Source: an uncultured Actinomycetes bacterium (GTDB lineage Bacteria; Actinomycetota; Acidimicrobiia; IMCC26256; PALSA-555). From it: a stretch of 64,000 nt of DNA. The notes below the pieces were generated by a model. It saw only the letters and a list, made by a program, of their open reading frames with translations, was not told the DNA's origin and searched no databases. The position numbers and the translations under genes were made by a program. Below, one piece after another: positions 17,442-26,720 of the stretch; the first letter of the stretch is position 1; each line of letters opens with the position of its first letter. Where the stretch lies: contig CAIUKV010000251.1 of assembly GCA_903899845.1 (NCBI GenBank), forward strand, positions 82,026-146,025, given 5' to 3'.

Positions 17442-18416
17442 TCAGCCCGCGACGGCGGGCATCACCGCATCGACCACCCGCCGGAGGTACGGCCACGCCA
17501 CCGCGGGCGGCACCCCGCCGCACAGCGGGTGCAGGGGCAGCACGACGTCGGTGCGCACGAAGTCAACCGCCTCGGGGACGGTCATGATCCGGTGCGCGCC
17601 CCGCTCGGCCCGCAGGTCGGCGGCGGTCTTCGAGTACGACAGGCTGGCGACGTTGCGCGAGTCCTCGTTCCACTCGGCGTACGACAGCACGTCGTTCATG
17701 AGGTACTCGCCGAGCTCGGCCCAGGCGGCGTCCTCGTCGTCGGCCACGAACACGGTGAGCGGCGCGCCGGGCCGGGGCAGGCGGCACTGGCCCGGGGTGT
17801 GGCCCGCCGCCTCGGCCGCCGCCCGGTAGGCCTCCTCGACCCCGGGGGCGCTCCCCGACCCGAGGAGGTCGAGGCCACGCGCCCCGGCCCGGCGGGCCGC
17901 GGCGACCGAGGCCCCACCCCAGGAGACCGAGGGGCGGGGTCGGGTGAAGGGTGCGGGGGTGATCCGGACCCGGCCGGTCCCGACGGACGCGGCCTCGAGC
18001 GCGCCGAGGAGCGCATCGAGCTTCGCATCGGCGACCCGGCCGCGCTCCGCGTAGGGGACCCCGAACAGGTCGTACTCGTCGGCGCGGTAACCGAGCCCGA
18101 AGGTGTAGGAGACGCGCCCCCGGCTGATGTGGTCGAGGACGACGATCTCCTCGGCGAGTCGCACCGGGTCGTAGAGCGGGAGGAGCGCGGCACCGACCGC
18201 GATGTGCACGGTGCGGGTGCGGGCCGCCATCGCCGCGGCCAGGATGAGCGGCGCGGGCAGGTAGCCGTCGGGCGAGGCGTGGTGCTCCGACACCACGGCG
18301 GCCACGCAGCCCTTGTCCTCGGCCCACTCGACCATGTCGATCGCGGCGGCGTACTGGTCGGCGACCTCGGCCGGGCCCATGCCCGGTACCCGCAGGTCGA
18401 AGCGCATCGTGAACAC
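17442..18416 (-). CDS. LLM-class flavin-dependent oxidoreductase
   Basis: MRFDLRV...AAVVSEHHASPDGYLP...LDHISRGRVSYTFGLGY. GAGGGGGG sits 6 nt before GTG 18416. Confidence 0.85.
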   Translation of the reverse strand: MFTMRFDLRVPGMGPAEVADQYAAAIDMVEWAEDKGCVAAVVSEHHASPDGYLPAPLILAAAMAARTRTVHIAVGAALLPLYDPVRLAEEIVVLDHISRGRVSYTFGLGYRADEYDLFGVPYAERGRVADAKLDALLGALEAASVGTGRVRITPAPFTRPRPSVSWGGASVAAARRAGARGLDLLGSGSAPGVEEAYRAAAEAAGHTPGQCRLPRPGAPLTVFVADDEDAAWAELGEYLMNDVLSYAEWNEDSRNVASLSYSKTAADLRAERGAHRIMTVPEAVDFVRTDVVLPLHPLCGGVPPAVAWPYLRRVVDAVMPAVAG

Positions 18417-18494
18417 GCAGATCCCCCCTCGTGCGGCCCCGCCATCCGCGGCCCGCCAACCCCGACCCCGGTGCGGCGACGGGTCCCGTCAGCC

Positions 18495-18500
18495 TAGGGT
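18495..18500 (+). promoter_or_regulatory. -10-like TAGGGT, 6 nt before ATG 18507
   Basis: TANNNT-N6-ATG. No SD sequence. Confidence 0.5.
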
Positions 18501-18506
18501 CTTGCC

Positions 18507-19397
18507 ATGTTCTGCCCCGCCGACAAGCTGATCATCGAAGCCGCGATCAACGAGCAGTCGCCCAAGGCGGCCAACCCCCACGTGCCGATCACCGCCGAGG
18601 AGTGCGCCGCCGATGCGCTGGCGGTGGCCGAGGCGGGCGCGGCGATCGTGCACTTCCATGCCCGCCACCCCGAGACCGGGGCGCTGCTGTCCCCCGGCAC
18701 CGAGACCTACGCGACGGCCATGCGGATCGTCCGGGCCGAGCGCCCCGACCTGCTCGTCTACCCGACCTACACCGGCGGTGAGGTGGCGGCCGAGCGCTTC
18801 GCCTTCCTCGCCGAACTGGCCGACGACCCGACGGTGCGGCTGGGCGCGGCCACCATCGACCCGGGCGGATTGATCTTCGCCTTCGCCGACGAGCGCACCG
18901 GCGCGATCCGCGGCGACGGCATCTTCGGCGTCACCCTCGACCACTTCCGCTACTTCCTGGACCTCGCCACCGCCAAGGGGATCCAGTACAGCGTCGTCGT
19001 CCGCGAGCCCGGTCACGTGCGCATCACGGTGGCCGCCCACCGGCTCGGCTGGATGACCGGGCCGATCCTGTTCAAGCTCAACCTCGCCGACCACGGGCTG
19101 TGGGGCCTGCCCCCTTCGGCCGCCGCGGTCGACGCCTACCTCGGGATCGTCCCCGACGACATCCCGTTCACGTACATGGCCTACACCTACGGCCCCAGCC
19201 ACTGGGACATGGCCCGCCTCGCGATCGAGCGCGGCGCGCACGTGCGGGTGGGCCTCGGGGACAACCCGGTCGAGGCCGACGGGTCGCAGCCGACCAACGC
19301 CGAGCTCGTCGCCCGGGTCGTGGACCTCGCCGCCGCGGCGGGACGCACCCCGGCCACGCCCGACGAGGCCCGGGCGATCCTCGGCGTCGGCGCCTGA
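18507..19397 (+). CDS. BKACE (3-keto-5-aminohexanoate cleavage enzyme-like, DUF849) family protein
   Basis: KLIIEAAINE...PITAEECAADA...AGAAIVHFHARHPETG (Zn His pair). TAGGGT-N6-ATG. Confidence 0.85.
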   Translation: MFCPADKLIIEAAINEQSPKAANPHVPITAEECAADALAVAEAGAAIVHFHARHPETGALLSPGTETYATAMRIVRAERPDLLVYPTYTGGEVAAERFAFLAELADDPTVRLGAATIDPGGLIFAFADERTGAIRGDGIFGVTLDHFRYFLDLATAKGIQYSVVVREPGHVRITVAAHRLGWMTGPILFKLNLADHGLWGLPPSAAAVDAYLGIVPDDIPFTYMAYTYGPSHWDMARLAIERGAHVRVGLGDNPVEADGSQPTNAELVARVVDLAAAAGRTPATPDEARAILGVGA

Positions 19398-19401
19398 GCC
19401 C

Positions 19402-19425
19402 GCATCCCCGCATCCCCGAATCCCC
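19402..19425. repeat. 8-bp tandem repeat x3 (GCATCCCC, GCATCCCC, GAATCCCC)
   Basis: Read directly, just after the BKACE stop. Confidence 0.85.
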
Positions 19426-19428
19426 GAC

Positions 19429-19454
19429 GCGCCGGCGGGCCCGGGGCCCGGCGC
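19429..19454. terminator. GC hairpin between convergent BKACE and ligase genes
   Basis: GCGCCGG-12 nt-CCGGCGC. Confidence 0.35.
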
Positions 19455-19455
19455 C

Positions 19456-20955
19456 CTACCCCGTGACCTGCGCCTGGACCTGCTCGGCCAGCAGCGCCCG
19501 CTGCACCTGCCGGGTGGCGGGCGTCCGGGGGATCTCCGCGACGACCACGACCCGCCGCGGCAGCTTGAAGCGGGCCAGGCGCTCGCCGGCGTGGCGGCGG
19601 AGCGCCTCGACGTCGGGTGCGACGGCACCCGGGTGCACGACGACCGCCGCACACACCGTCTCGCCCCACTCCGGGTCCGGGAGTCCGACCACCGCGACGT
19701 CGGCCAGCGCCGGATGGTCGGCGAGGACGAGCTCGACCTCCACCGGCGCGACCGACTCGCCACCGGTCCGGATCACCTGGGCGGCCCGGCCGACGATCGA
19801 GTAGAAGCCGTCGGCGTCGACGCTCGCCAGGTCGCCGGTGCGGAACCAGCCGTCGGGGGTCAGCGCTGCGGCGGTGGCCTCGGGATCCTCGAAGTACCCG
19901 TCGAACAGCAACGGCCCCTGCACCTGCAGCTCCCCCGTCGCCGGGTCGAGCCGGACCCGCACCGAGTGCTGGGGGGTCCCGCAGGCGCCGGGCCGGTCCT
20001 CCATGTCCTCGTCGCGCAGCAGGCACACCGCGCCCGCCTCGGTGGAGCCGTAGAACACCCGCCGCGCCGCCCCGGGTACCCGGGCCTTGATCCCGAGGAG
20101 CAGGTCGGGCGGGGTGGCCGACGTCCCGGAGTCCACGATCCGCAGCGATGCCAGCCCCGCCGCCGCCCCGGGGTGCGCGTCGACGTGCTCGAAGATGCGC
20201 CGCCACACCGCCGGGATGGCGTTGAACCGGGTGGCCCGCCACCGCGCGATCTCGCCGCACAACACGTCGGCGTCGGCCCGCTCCACGAACACGGCGGTGG
20301 ACTGCTGCTGCCACGCCGAGAGCGCCATCGTCCACGCCCCCATGTGGAACAGGGGGTACATGCACACGGTCGCGCCGCGGGGCTCGAGCTGCGAGCCCGG
20401 ATGACTGCGCAGGTAGTTCACCCGGTGCGACAGCACGACGCCCTTGGACCGTCCCGTGGTGCCGCTCGTGAAGAACAGCACGTGCGGGTCGGTCTCGCGG
20501 AGCTCCGGCACCACGGGGTCGGGCGCCGGAGGACCGGGCTCGGCGATCGCGCCGAGGACGGCGAGGTCGCAGCCGAGCCGAGCCGCGATCTCGGTGCCGG
20601 GCCCGGCCCGGACCGGGTCGACCACCAGCAGGGTGGGCCGGGCCAGCGCGGCCATGGCCGTCGCCTCGTCGGCCCCGAGCAGCGCGTTGGCGGGCGCGAA
20701 CACCGCCCCGAGCTTGGCCAGGGCGGCGAAGAGCGGCACGGCGTCGACGGCGGTGGCGCTCCAGAGGACGACCCGGTCGCCGTGCCCGATCCCCCGGGCC
20801 GCCAGGGCGGCGGCGTGCGCGTTCGCAGCGAGGTCGAGCTCGGCGAAGGTCAGGGACCGGTCCCCCAGCGCGACCGCCACCCGCCCGGGCACCGCCGCGG
20901 CCCCGGCCCGGAAGACGTCGCCGATCAGCAGGTCCCGGGACCGGACGGTGCTCAC
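19456..20955 (-). CDS. AMP-binding acyl-CoA ligase (3rd of tandem trio)
   Basis: FFTSGTTGRSKGVVLSH, YGSTEAG, FRTGDL, KLPR. GTG 20955 overlaps the upstream stop (GTGA). Confidence 0.85.
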   Translation of the reverse strand: MSTVRSRDLLIGDVFRAGAAAVPGRVAVALGDRSLTFAELDLAANAHAAALAARGIGHGDRVVLWSATAVDAVPLFAALAKLGAVFAPANALLGADEATAMAALARPTLLVVDPVRAGPGTEIAARLGCDLAVLGAIAEPGPPAPDPVVPELRETDPHVLFFTSGTTGRSKGVVLSHRVNYLRSHPGSQLEPRGATVCMYPLFHMGAWTMALSAWQQQSTAVFVERADADVLCGEIARWRATRFNAIPAVWRRIFEHVDAHPGAAAGLASLRIVDSGTSATPPDLLLGIKARVPGAARRVFYGSTEAGAVCLLRDEDMEDRPGACGTPQHSVRVRLDPATGELQVQGPLLFDGYFEDPEATAAALTPDGWFRTGDLASVDADGFYSIVGRAAQVIRTGGESVAPVEVELVLADHPALADVAVVGLPDPEWGETVCAAVVVHPGAVAPDVEALRRHAGERLARFKLPRRVVVVAEIPRTPATRQVQRALLAEQVQAQVTG

Positions 20956-22535
20956 CGCCGGTCCCCGAGCCGCTCCGGGTGACCGGCCAGCCAGGCCCGC
21001 AGCTCGGCCTTGACCACCTTGCCGGTGGCGTTCTTCGGGAGCACGTCGACCACCACCACGTGGCGGGGCGTCTTGTACCCGGCGAGCTCGGCCCGGACCG
21101 CGGCGACGACCGCGTCGGCGTCGACCACGGCGCCGGGTCGGGCGACCACCACCGCGCACACGTTCTCGCCCCAGCGCGGGTCGGGGACGCCCACCACGGC
21201 GACCTCACCGACCGCGGGCACGGTGTGGATCACCTGCTCCACCTCGAGCGACGACACGTTCTCACCGCCGGTGACGATCACGTCCTTCTTCCGGTCGACG
21301 ATCGTGAGCAGGCCGTCGGGAGCGAGGCGCCCGACGTCGCCCGTGCGCAGCCAGCCGCCGGCCAGCGTGGACGCGGTGGCCTCGGGCTCCTCCCAGTACC
21401 GGTCCATCACCTGGTCCGCCCGCACCTCGATCTCGCCGGGCGACCCGGCGGGGAGCGGCGCCCCGGCGTCGTCGACGATCCGCACGGCCACCCCGGGTGC
21501 CGGTCGCCCCGCGGCACGCAGGAGCGCGTCGTCCCCGGCCAGGCCCGCGCGGTGGGCGGCGGCGTCGAGGAACACCGCGTTGCCCGAGAGCTCGGTCATG
21601 CCGTAGCCCTGCGAGAAGTCGACGCCGAGCCGCTCCCGTGCCGCCCGGAGGACCGGGCTGGGCATCGGGGCGGCGCCGTAGTGGATCTGGCGCAGCGAGG
21701 CGAGGCCGTCCACCGCCCCGGGGTGCTCGTCGAGGTACCCGAGCAGGGCGTGCAGCATGGTCGCGGCCAGGGAGGCGCTGGTCACGCGTCGCCGGGCCAC
21801 CGTGGCCACGAAGTCGGCCGGGTCGAACCGGGCCAGCAGCACCACGGGCACCCCGCGGGCGTGGTGGTGCACGACGTTGTAGCCCGCGATGTGCGCGAGC
21901 GGGAACGGCAGCAGGTACACCTCGTCGGGTGGGACCGTGCGGCAGGCGTCGCTCGCCCGCACCGCCGCGAGCACGCTCGCGTGCGTCAGCACAGCACCCT
22001 TGGACCGACCGGTCGTCCCCGACGTGTAGATGATCCAGGCGTCGGCCCCGGCGTCGGCGCCCGCAACGGGGGGCGCCGGGGCCGCGGCGGCGAGGCCCGC
22101 CTCCCAGGCGTCGAGGTCGACGCGCACCACCCCGGACGGCGGGTCGATCCGGTCGAGCTCGGCGGCCGGCCCGACCAGGACCCGGGCCCCGGAGCGCGCG
22201 AGCACCGACCGCAGCTCGGGGGCGGCGAGGCGGTGGTTGCCGAACACGAGGATGCGGCCCGCCCGGGGCACGCCGTAGTAGGCGTCGACCCAGGAGCGGT
22301 GGTTCTCGCCGACCACTGCGATGCGATCGCCGGGCGCGCTGGAGGCGGCGACGAACGCCGTGGTCCGGGCGACCCGGTCGGCGAGCCCGGCGAAGGTGGT
22401 CTCGTGGTCACCGTCGACCAGGGCGGGCGCGGCGGGCGCGGCCGCGGCGAGCCGGTCGACCACGCCGTGCAGGCGGAGGCCCGCCGTCCACGCCAGCGCG
22501 TCGTCGGGGCCGGTGGGCCCGGATGCGGTCGCCAC
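20952..22535 (-). CDS. AMP-binding acyl-CoA ligase (2nd of tandem trio)
   Basis: IYTSGTTGRSKGAVLTH, QGYGMTE, LRTGDVG, GYKTPR. Confidence 0.85.
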   Translation of the reverse strand: MATASGPTGPDDALAWTAGLRLHGVVDRLAAAAPAAPALVDGDHETTFAGLADRVARTTAFVAASSAPGDRIAVVGENHRSWVDAYYGVPRAGRILVFGNHRLAAPELRSVLARSGARVLVGPAAELDRIDPPSGVVRVDLDAWEAGLAAAAPAPPVAGADAGADAWIIYTSGTTGRSKGAVLTHASVLAAVRASDACRTVPPDEVYLLPFPLAHIAGYNVVHHHARGVPVVLLARFDPADFVATVARRRVTSASLAATMLHALLGYLDEHPGAVDGLASLRQIHYGAAPMPSPVLRAARERLGVDFSQGYGMTELSGNAVFLDAAAHRAGLAGDDALLRAAGRPAPGVAVRIVDDAGAPLPAGSPGEIEVRADQVMDRYWEEPEATASTLAGGWLRTGDVGRLAPDGLLTIVDRKKDVIVTGGENVSSLEVEQVIHTVPAVGEVAVVGVPDPRWGENVCAVVVARPGAVVDADAVVAAVRAELAGYKTPRHVVVVDVLPKNATGKVVKAELRAWLAGHPERLGDRR

Positions 22536-22548
22536 GGGACCGTTCGGC

Positions 22549-24111
22549 TCAGGCGTCCCGGAGCAGACGCCGGAGGATCTTCCCGCTCGGCGACTTCGGG
22601 ATCGCCTCGGTGAACTCGACGATCCGGATCTGCTTGTACGACGCCACGTGCCCGGCGACGAACTCCTGCAGGTCCTCGGTGGAGACCTCGGCCCCGGGCT
22701 TCAGCACCACGAAGGCCTTGGGCAGCTCGCCCGCCTCCTCGTCGGGGACGCCGATCACCGCGCAGTCGGCCACCGCGGGGTGGGTCAGCAGGAGCGCCTC
22801 GAGCTCCGCCGGTGGCACCTGGAAGCCCTTGTACTTGATCAGCTCCTTGAGGCGGTCGACCACGTACCAGAAGCCGTCGGCGTCGACGTGGCCGATGTCG
22901 CCGGTGTGGAGCCACCCGTCGGCGTCGATGGTCTCGGCGGTGGCGTCGGGGCGACCCAGGTATCCGAGCATCACCATCGGGCCCCGGCACCAGATCTCGC
23001 CGTCGGCGCCGACCGGGAGGTCCGCCCCGGTCTCCGGGTCGACGACGCGGGCCTCGGCGTTGGCGACCAGGATGCCGATGGAGCCGGGCCGGTCGTCGTC
23101 GAAGCGCGACGCGTGCGACACCGGGCTCATCTCGGTCATCCCGTAGCCCTGCACGGTGGGCGCACCGATGCGGGCCCGGGCCTCCTCGGCGAGCTCCGGC
23201 CCGAGGGGCGCCGCCCCCGAGAACAGGGTCTGCACCGACGACAGGTCGTAGTCGTCGACGACCGGGTGCTTGGCCAGCGCGAGCACCATCGGCGGCACCA
23301 CGAACAGCCGCGTGGCCCGGTACCGCTGGATCAGCTCGAGGAACTCGGGCAGGTCGAAGCGGGGCATGGTGACGAGCGTGGTCCCACGGCGCAGGCCGTC
23401 GTTCATGATCACCTGCATGCCGTAGATGTGGAAGAACGGCAGCACCGCCATGAGGACCTCGTCGACGGCCTCCATGTCGAGGTGCCGCTCGAGCTGGGCG
23501 AGGTTGGCCACGAGGTTGCGGTGGGTGAGCATCACGCCCTTGGGCAGGCCGGTGGTCCCGCTCGAGTACGGCAGGGCCGCGAGCGCGTCGGGCGCCACCG
23601 CGACCGGCGCGATCGGCGGGCCGGTGAGCAGCGCGGCGAACGGGGCCACGATCTCCGGCGCACCCTCGGGGACGTCGCCGATCACGAAGACGCGCCGCAC
23701 GCCGCTCCCGGTGGCTGCGGCCACCGCGGTGTCGCAGAACATCCCGACCGTCACGAGGAGCTCCGCGCCGGCGTCGCGGAGCTGGAAGGCGGTCTCCTCG
23801 GCGCCGTAGGTGGGGTTCACCGACGTCACGACGCCCCCGGCGGCCACCGTGCCGTGGAAGGCGATCGCGTACTCGGGCACGTTGGGCGCCATCACCGCCA
23901 CCACGGTCCCGGGCCCGACCCCGGCGGCCTGCAGGCCCCCGGCCGCCCGGCCGATCAGGTCGTGGAGCGCGCCGTAGGTGTAGCTGCGCCCGGTCGGACC
24001 GTCGATCATCGCGATCCGGTCCCGGAACCGGTCGACGTGCTCGAACACGTGGCCGGTGATCGACGCCTCGGGGATCTCGACGTCGGCGAGCGGGCTGCGG
24101 TGGACGATCAC
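22549..24111 (-). CDS. AMP-binding ligase, 4-coumarate-CoA-ligase-like (1st of tandem trio)
   Basis: PYSSGTTGLPKGVMLTH, QGYGMTE, WLHTGDIG, ELIKYKGFQVPPAELE, SGKILRR. GGGAGG SD sequence. Confidence 0.9.
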   Translation of the reverse strand: MIVHRSPLADVEIPEASITGHVFEHVDRFRDRIAMIDGPTGRSYTYGALHDLIGRAAGGLQAAGVGPGTVVAVMAPNVPEYAIAFHGTVAAGGVVTSVNPTYGAEETAFQLRDAGAELLVTVGMFCDTAVAAATGSGVRRVFVIGDVPEGAPEIVAPFAALLTGPPIAPVAVAPDALAALPYSSGTTGLPKGVMLTHRNLVANLAQLERHLDMEAVDEVLMAVLPFFHIYGMQVIMNDGLRRGTTLVTMPRFDLPEFLELIQRYRATRLFVVPPMVLALAKHPVVDDYDLSSVQTLFSGAAPLGPELAEEARARIGAPTVQGYGMTEMSPVSHASRFDDDRPGSIGILVANAEARVVDPETGADLPVGADGEIWCRGPMVMLGYLGRPDATAETIDADGWLHTGDIGHVDADGFWYVVDRLKELIKYKGFQVPPAELEALLLTHPAVADCAVIGVPDEEAGELPKAFVVLKPGAEVSTEDLQEFVAGHVASYKQIRIVEFTEAIPKSPSGKILRRLLRDA

Positions 24112-24121
24112 GGGGCCTCCC

Positions 24122-25582
24122 TCAGGCGGGGTCGGTGAACGGGCTCGGGTAGGGCCGGGCCGGGGCCGTCGCCAGGAACGGCCGGACGTGGGCGTCCATG
24201 AGCGCGTCGACCAGGCCTGCGTACTGCGGGTCGGCGACCACGTTGTGGTCCTCGGCCGGGTCCTCGGCCCGGACGAACAGCGCGCAGGGCACGAGCGCGT
24301 CCTCGTCGACGACGAGCTTGTGGTCCCCGGTGTCGAACGAACCGAAACCCCAGTTCTCGCTGATGGACACCGTCCGGGGTTCGGGGTCCGTCCCGGTCAC
24401 GTACCCGAGGAGGGAGCGCCCGTCGCTACCGGGGAGGCCCGGCGCCCCCGCGATCGCCCGGACGGTCGCGGGGACGTCGAGGTGCTCCACGAGGTCGTCG
24501 ACCACGCGGCCCGGGCGACCACCGGGCGGCCGCACGATCAGCGGGACCTGCACGGCGGGGTCGAACAGCACGCACTTCGACATCATCGAGTGGTTGCCCC
24601 CCATCTCGCCGTGGTCGCTCGTGTAGACGATCCAGGTGTCGTCGAGCATCCCGCGCGCCTCGAGCGCGGCGACGATGCGTCCGACCTGCGCGTCGATCAC
24701 CGACACGCTCGCCGCGTAGGCCCGGCGCATGTTCCGGATCGCGTCGTCGTCCATGGTGTCGGTGTCGGACAGGCGCAGGAACGCGTCCAGCAGTCGACCG
24801 TAGGAGCCCGCCGCCTGCCGGTCGGGCCGACGGGTCGAGATCGGGAACGACGTCTCCCCGCTCGCGTAGGCGTCGATCGCCTCCTGCGGCGCGTCCCACG
24901 GGTCGTGGGGTCCGGGGAAGCCGACGAAGGCGAAGAACGGGGCGTCGCCGTCGTAGCCGGTGATCCAGTCGACGGCGAGGTCGCCGTGCCAGGGGTCGAT
25001 GTAGTCCTCGAGCGGCAGCGGCATCGGCGTGGTGTCCCACATGGGGATGCGCTTGGTGGGGTTGTCGCCCCGGCCGGACTTCCCCTGGTACGCCCGGTCC
25101 TCCATGTGCCGGAGGTAGGTGTCCCAGAGTCCCTTCGCCGCGAGGTGGTCGGAGTACCGGGTGGGCACCGCCAGGGTGAACTTGTCGCCGGTCTCGTGCA
25201 CCTCGGCGAACCCGCGCTCCACGAGGCGCGGGGCCAGCGTGTCCATGTGCGGCGCGGGCTCGTCCTCCTTCGTGAGGTGGTGCTTGCCCAGGGCCACGGT
25301 GTGGTACCCGGCCTCGCGCAGGGCGTGGAGGTAGGTGGGCGTGCCCGGTGTCACCGCGTTCCAGTTCGTGTAGACGCCGTGGTCGCGCACGTAGCGCTCG
25401 GTCAGGAACGACGCCCGCGCCGGCATGCACAGCGGCCCCTGGCACGAGGTCCGCCGGAAGCGGACCCCCTCGGCGGCGAGGCGGTCGAGGTGCGGGGTGT
25501 GGACGAAGGGGTCGCCGGCGCACCCGAGCACGTCGGCCCGGTGCTGGTCGGCCATGATCACCACGACGTTCGGGCTGCCCAC
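24122..25582 (-). CDS. Sulfatase (Cys-type), no signal peptide seen
   Basis: PNVVVIMADQHRADVLG...GPLCMPARASFLTERY (C-x-P-x-R), GKHH. Start GTG 25582 follows GGGGGGAG; GTG 25627 is the longest alternative. Confidence 0.85.
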   Translation of the reverse strand: MGSPNVVVIMADQHRADVLGCAGDPFVHTPHLDRLAAEGVRFRRTSCQGPLCMPARASFLTERYVRDHGVYTNWNAVTPGTPTYLHALREAGYHTVALGKHHLTKEDEPAPHMDTLAPRLVERGFAEVHETGDKFTLAVPTRYSDHLAAKGLWDTYLRHMEDRAYQGKSGRGDNPTKRIPMWDTTPMPLPLEDYIDPWHGDLAVDWITGYDGDAPFFAFVGFPGPHDPWDAPQEAIDAYASGETSFPISTRRPDRQAAGSYGRLLDAFLRLSDTDTMDDDAIRNMRRAYAASVSVIDAQVGRIVAALEARGMLDDTWIVYTSDHGEMGGNHSMMSKCVLFDPAVQVPLIVRPPGGRPGRVVDDLVEHLDVPATVRAIAGAPGLPGSDGRSLLGYVTGTDPEPRTVSISENWGFGSFDTGDHKLVVDEDALVPCALFVRAEDPAEDHNVVADPQYAGLVDALMDAHVRPFLATAPARPYPSPFTDPA

Positions 25583-25664
25583 GCGGCTCCCCCCGGTCCC
25601 CGACCCGAGCGGTCGGCCCAGGCGCACCCTACGCGCGCCGCGTCGCGCCCGCGGGCGACCGGCC

Positions 25665-25670
25665 TACGCT
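25665..25670 (+). promoter_or_regulatory. -10-like TACGCT, 6 nt before ATG 25677
   Basis: TANNNT-N6-ATG. No SD sequence. Confidence 0.45.
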
Positions 25671-25676
25671 CCGGGC

Positions 25677-26720
25677 ATGCTCGACCTCGACGTGATGGCC
25701 TTCCCCGGCCCGCTGCCCGGCATCGCCGACCTGGCTCGGCGCGCCGAGGCGGCGGGCTTCGGCACCCTGTGGTTCACCGAGTCCGGCCGCACGCCCTACC
25801 TCAGTGCCGCCACCGCCGCGCTCGCCACCGAGCGGATCGGCCTCGGCACCGCGGTCGCGGTGGCCTTCCCCCGCAGCCCCATGGTCACGGCCAAGATCGC
25901 CTGGGAGCTCCAGGAGGCGAGCCGGGGCCGCTTCACCCTGGGGCTCGGCACGCAGGTCAAGGCCCACGTCGAGCGGCGCTACTCGGCGGAGTACCTGCCA
26001 CCCGGACCCCGGATGCGCGACTACGTCGGTGCGTTGCGGGCGATCTTCGCCGCCTTCCGCGGTGCACCACTCGCCTACGAGAGCGAGCACTACACGTTCT
26101 CCCTCCTCACCCCGCAGTGGTCCCCCGGCGACCTCCCCTTCCCCGATCCGCCGGTCTACGTCGCCGCGGTGCTGCCGTGGATGTCGGCCATGGCGGGCGA
26201 GTGCTGCGACGGCGTGCACGTGCACCCGTTCCACTCGCCCGAGTACCTCCGCGACCAGCAGGTCCCGAACGTCACCGCCGGTGCAGCCCGCGCCGGTCGG
26301 ACCCTGGCCGACGTCACCCTCGAGATCCCGGTGATGACGGCCACGGGTGCGACCGAGGCCGAGATCGCGGCGACCCGTGAGCACGCTCGCGGGATGATCG
26401 CGTTCTACGGGTCGACCCGGACCTACGCCCCGGTGTTCGACCAGCACGGCTTCACCGGCCTGTCCGACCGCCTCCACGAGCACCAGCGGGCCGGTGAGGT
26501 CGCCGCGATGGTCGCCTGCATCACCGACGAGGTGCTCGACCACTACGTGGTCACGGCACCGTGGGACGATCTCGCCGACGTGCTCGCCGCCCGCTACCGC
26601 AGCGTCGCTCCGTCGGTGCGCCTCATGAGCTACACCGCCATCCACCAGCTGCGCACCGATCCCGACGTGTTCGACCGCTGGCACGACGTCGCCCGCCGGC
26701 TCCGGGAGGTCACCGCATGA
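25677..26720 (+). CDS. LLM-class F420-dependent oxidoreductase
   Basis: AGFGTLWFTESGRTPY...TLGLGTQVKAHVERRY. TACGCT-N6-ATG. Confidence 0.85.
   Translation: MLDLDVMAFPGPLPGIADLARRAEAAGFGTLWFTESGRTPYLSAATAALATERIGLGTAVAVAFPRSPMVTAKIAWELQEASRGRFTLGLGTQVKAHVERRYSAEYLPPGPRMRDYVGALRAIFAAFRGAPLAYESEHYTFSLLTPQWSPGDLPFPDPPVYVAAVLPWMSAMAGECCDGVHVHPFHSPEYLRDQQVPNVTAGAARAGRTLADVTLEIPVMTATGATEAEIAATREHARGMIAFYGSTRTYAPVFDQHGFTGLSDRLHEHQRAGEVAAMVACITDEVLDHYVVTAPWDDLADVLAARYRSVAPSVRLMSYTAIHQLRTDPDVFDRWHDVARRLREVTA

Noticed and set aside
19187-21208. 673-aa minus-strand ORF overlapping the BKACE gene and two ligases
   Set aside because: It is an alternate frame of real genes, is extremely Arg/Gly/Pro-rich, and contains no motifs.
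24056-26380. 774-aa plus-strand ORF across the sulfatase and LLM genes
   Set aside because: It is antisense to the sulfatase, out of frame with the LLM gene, and has low-complexity composition.
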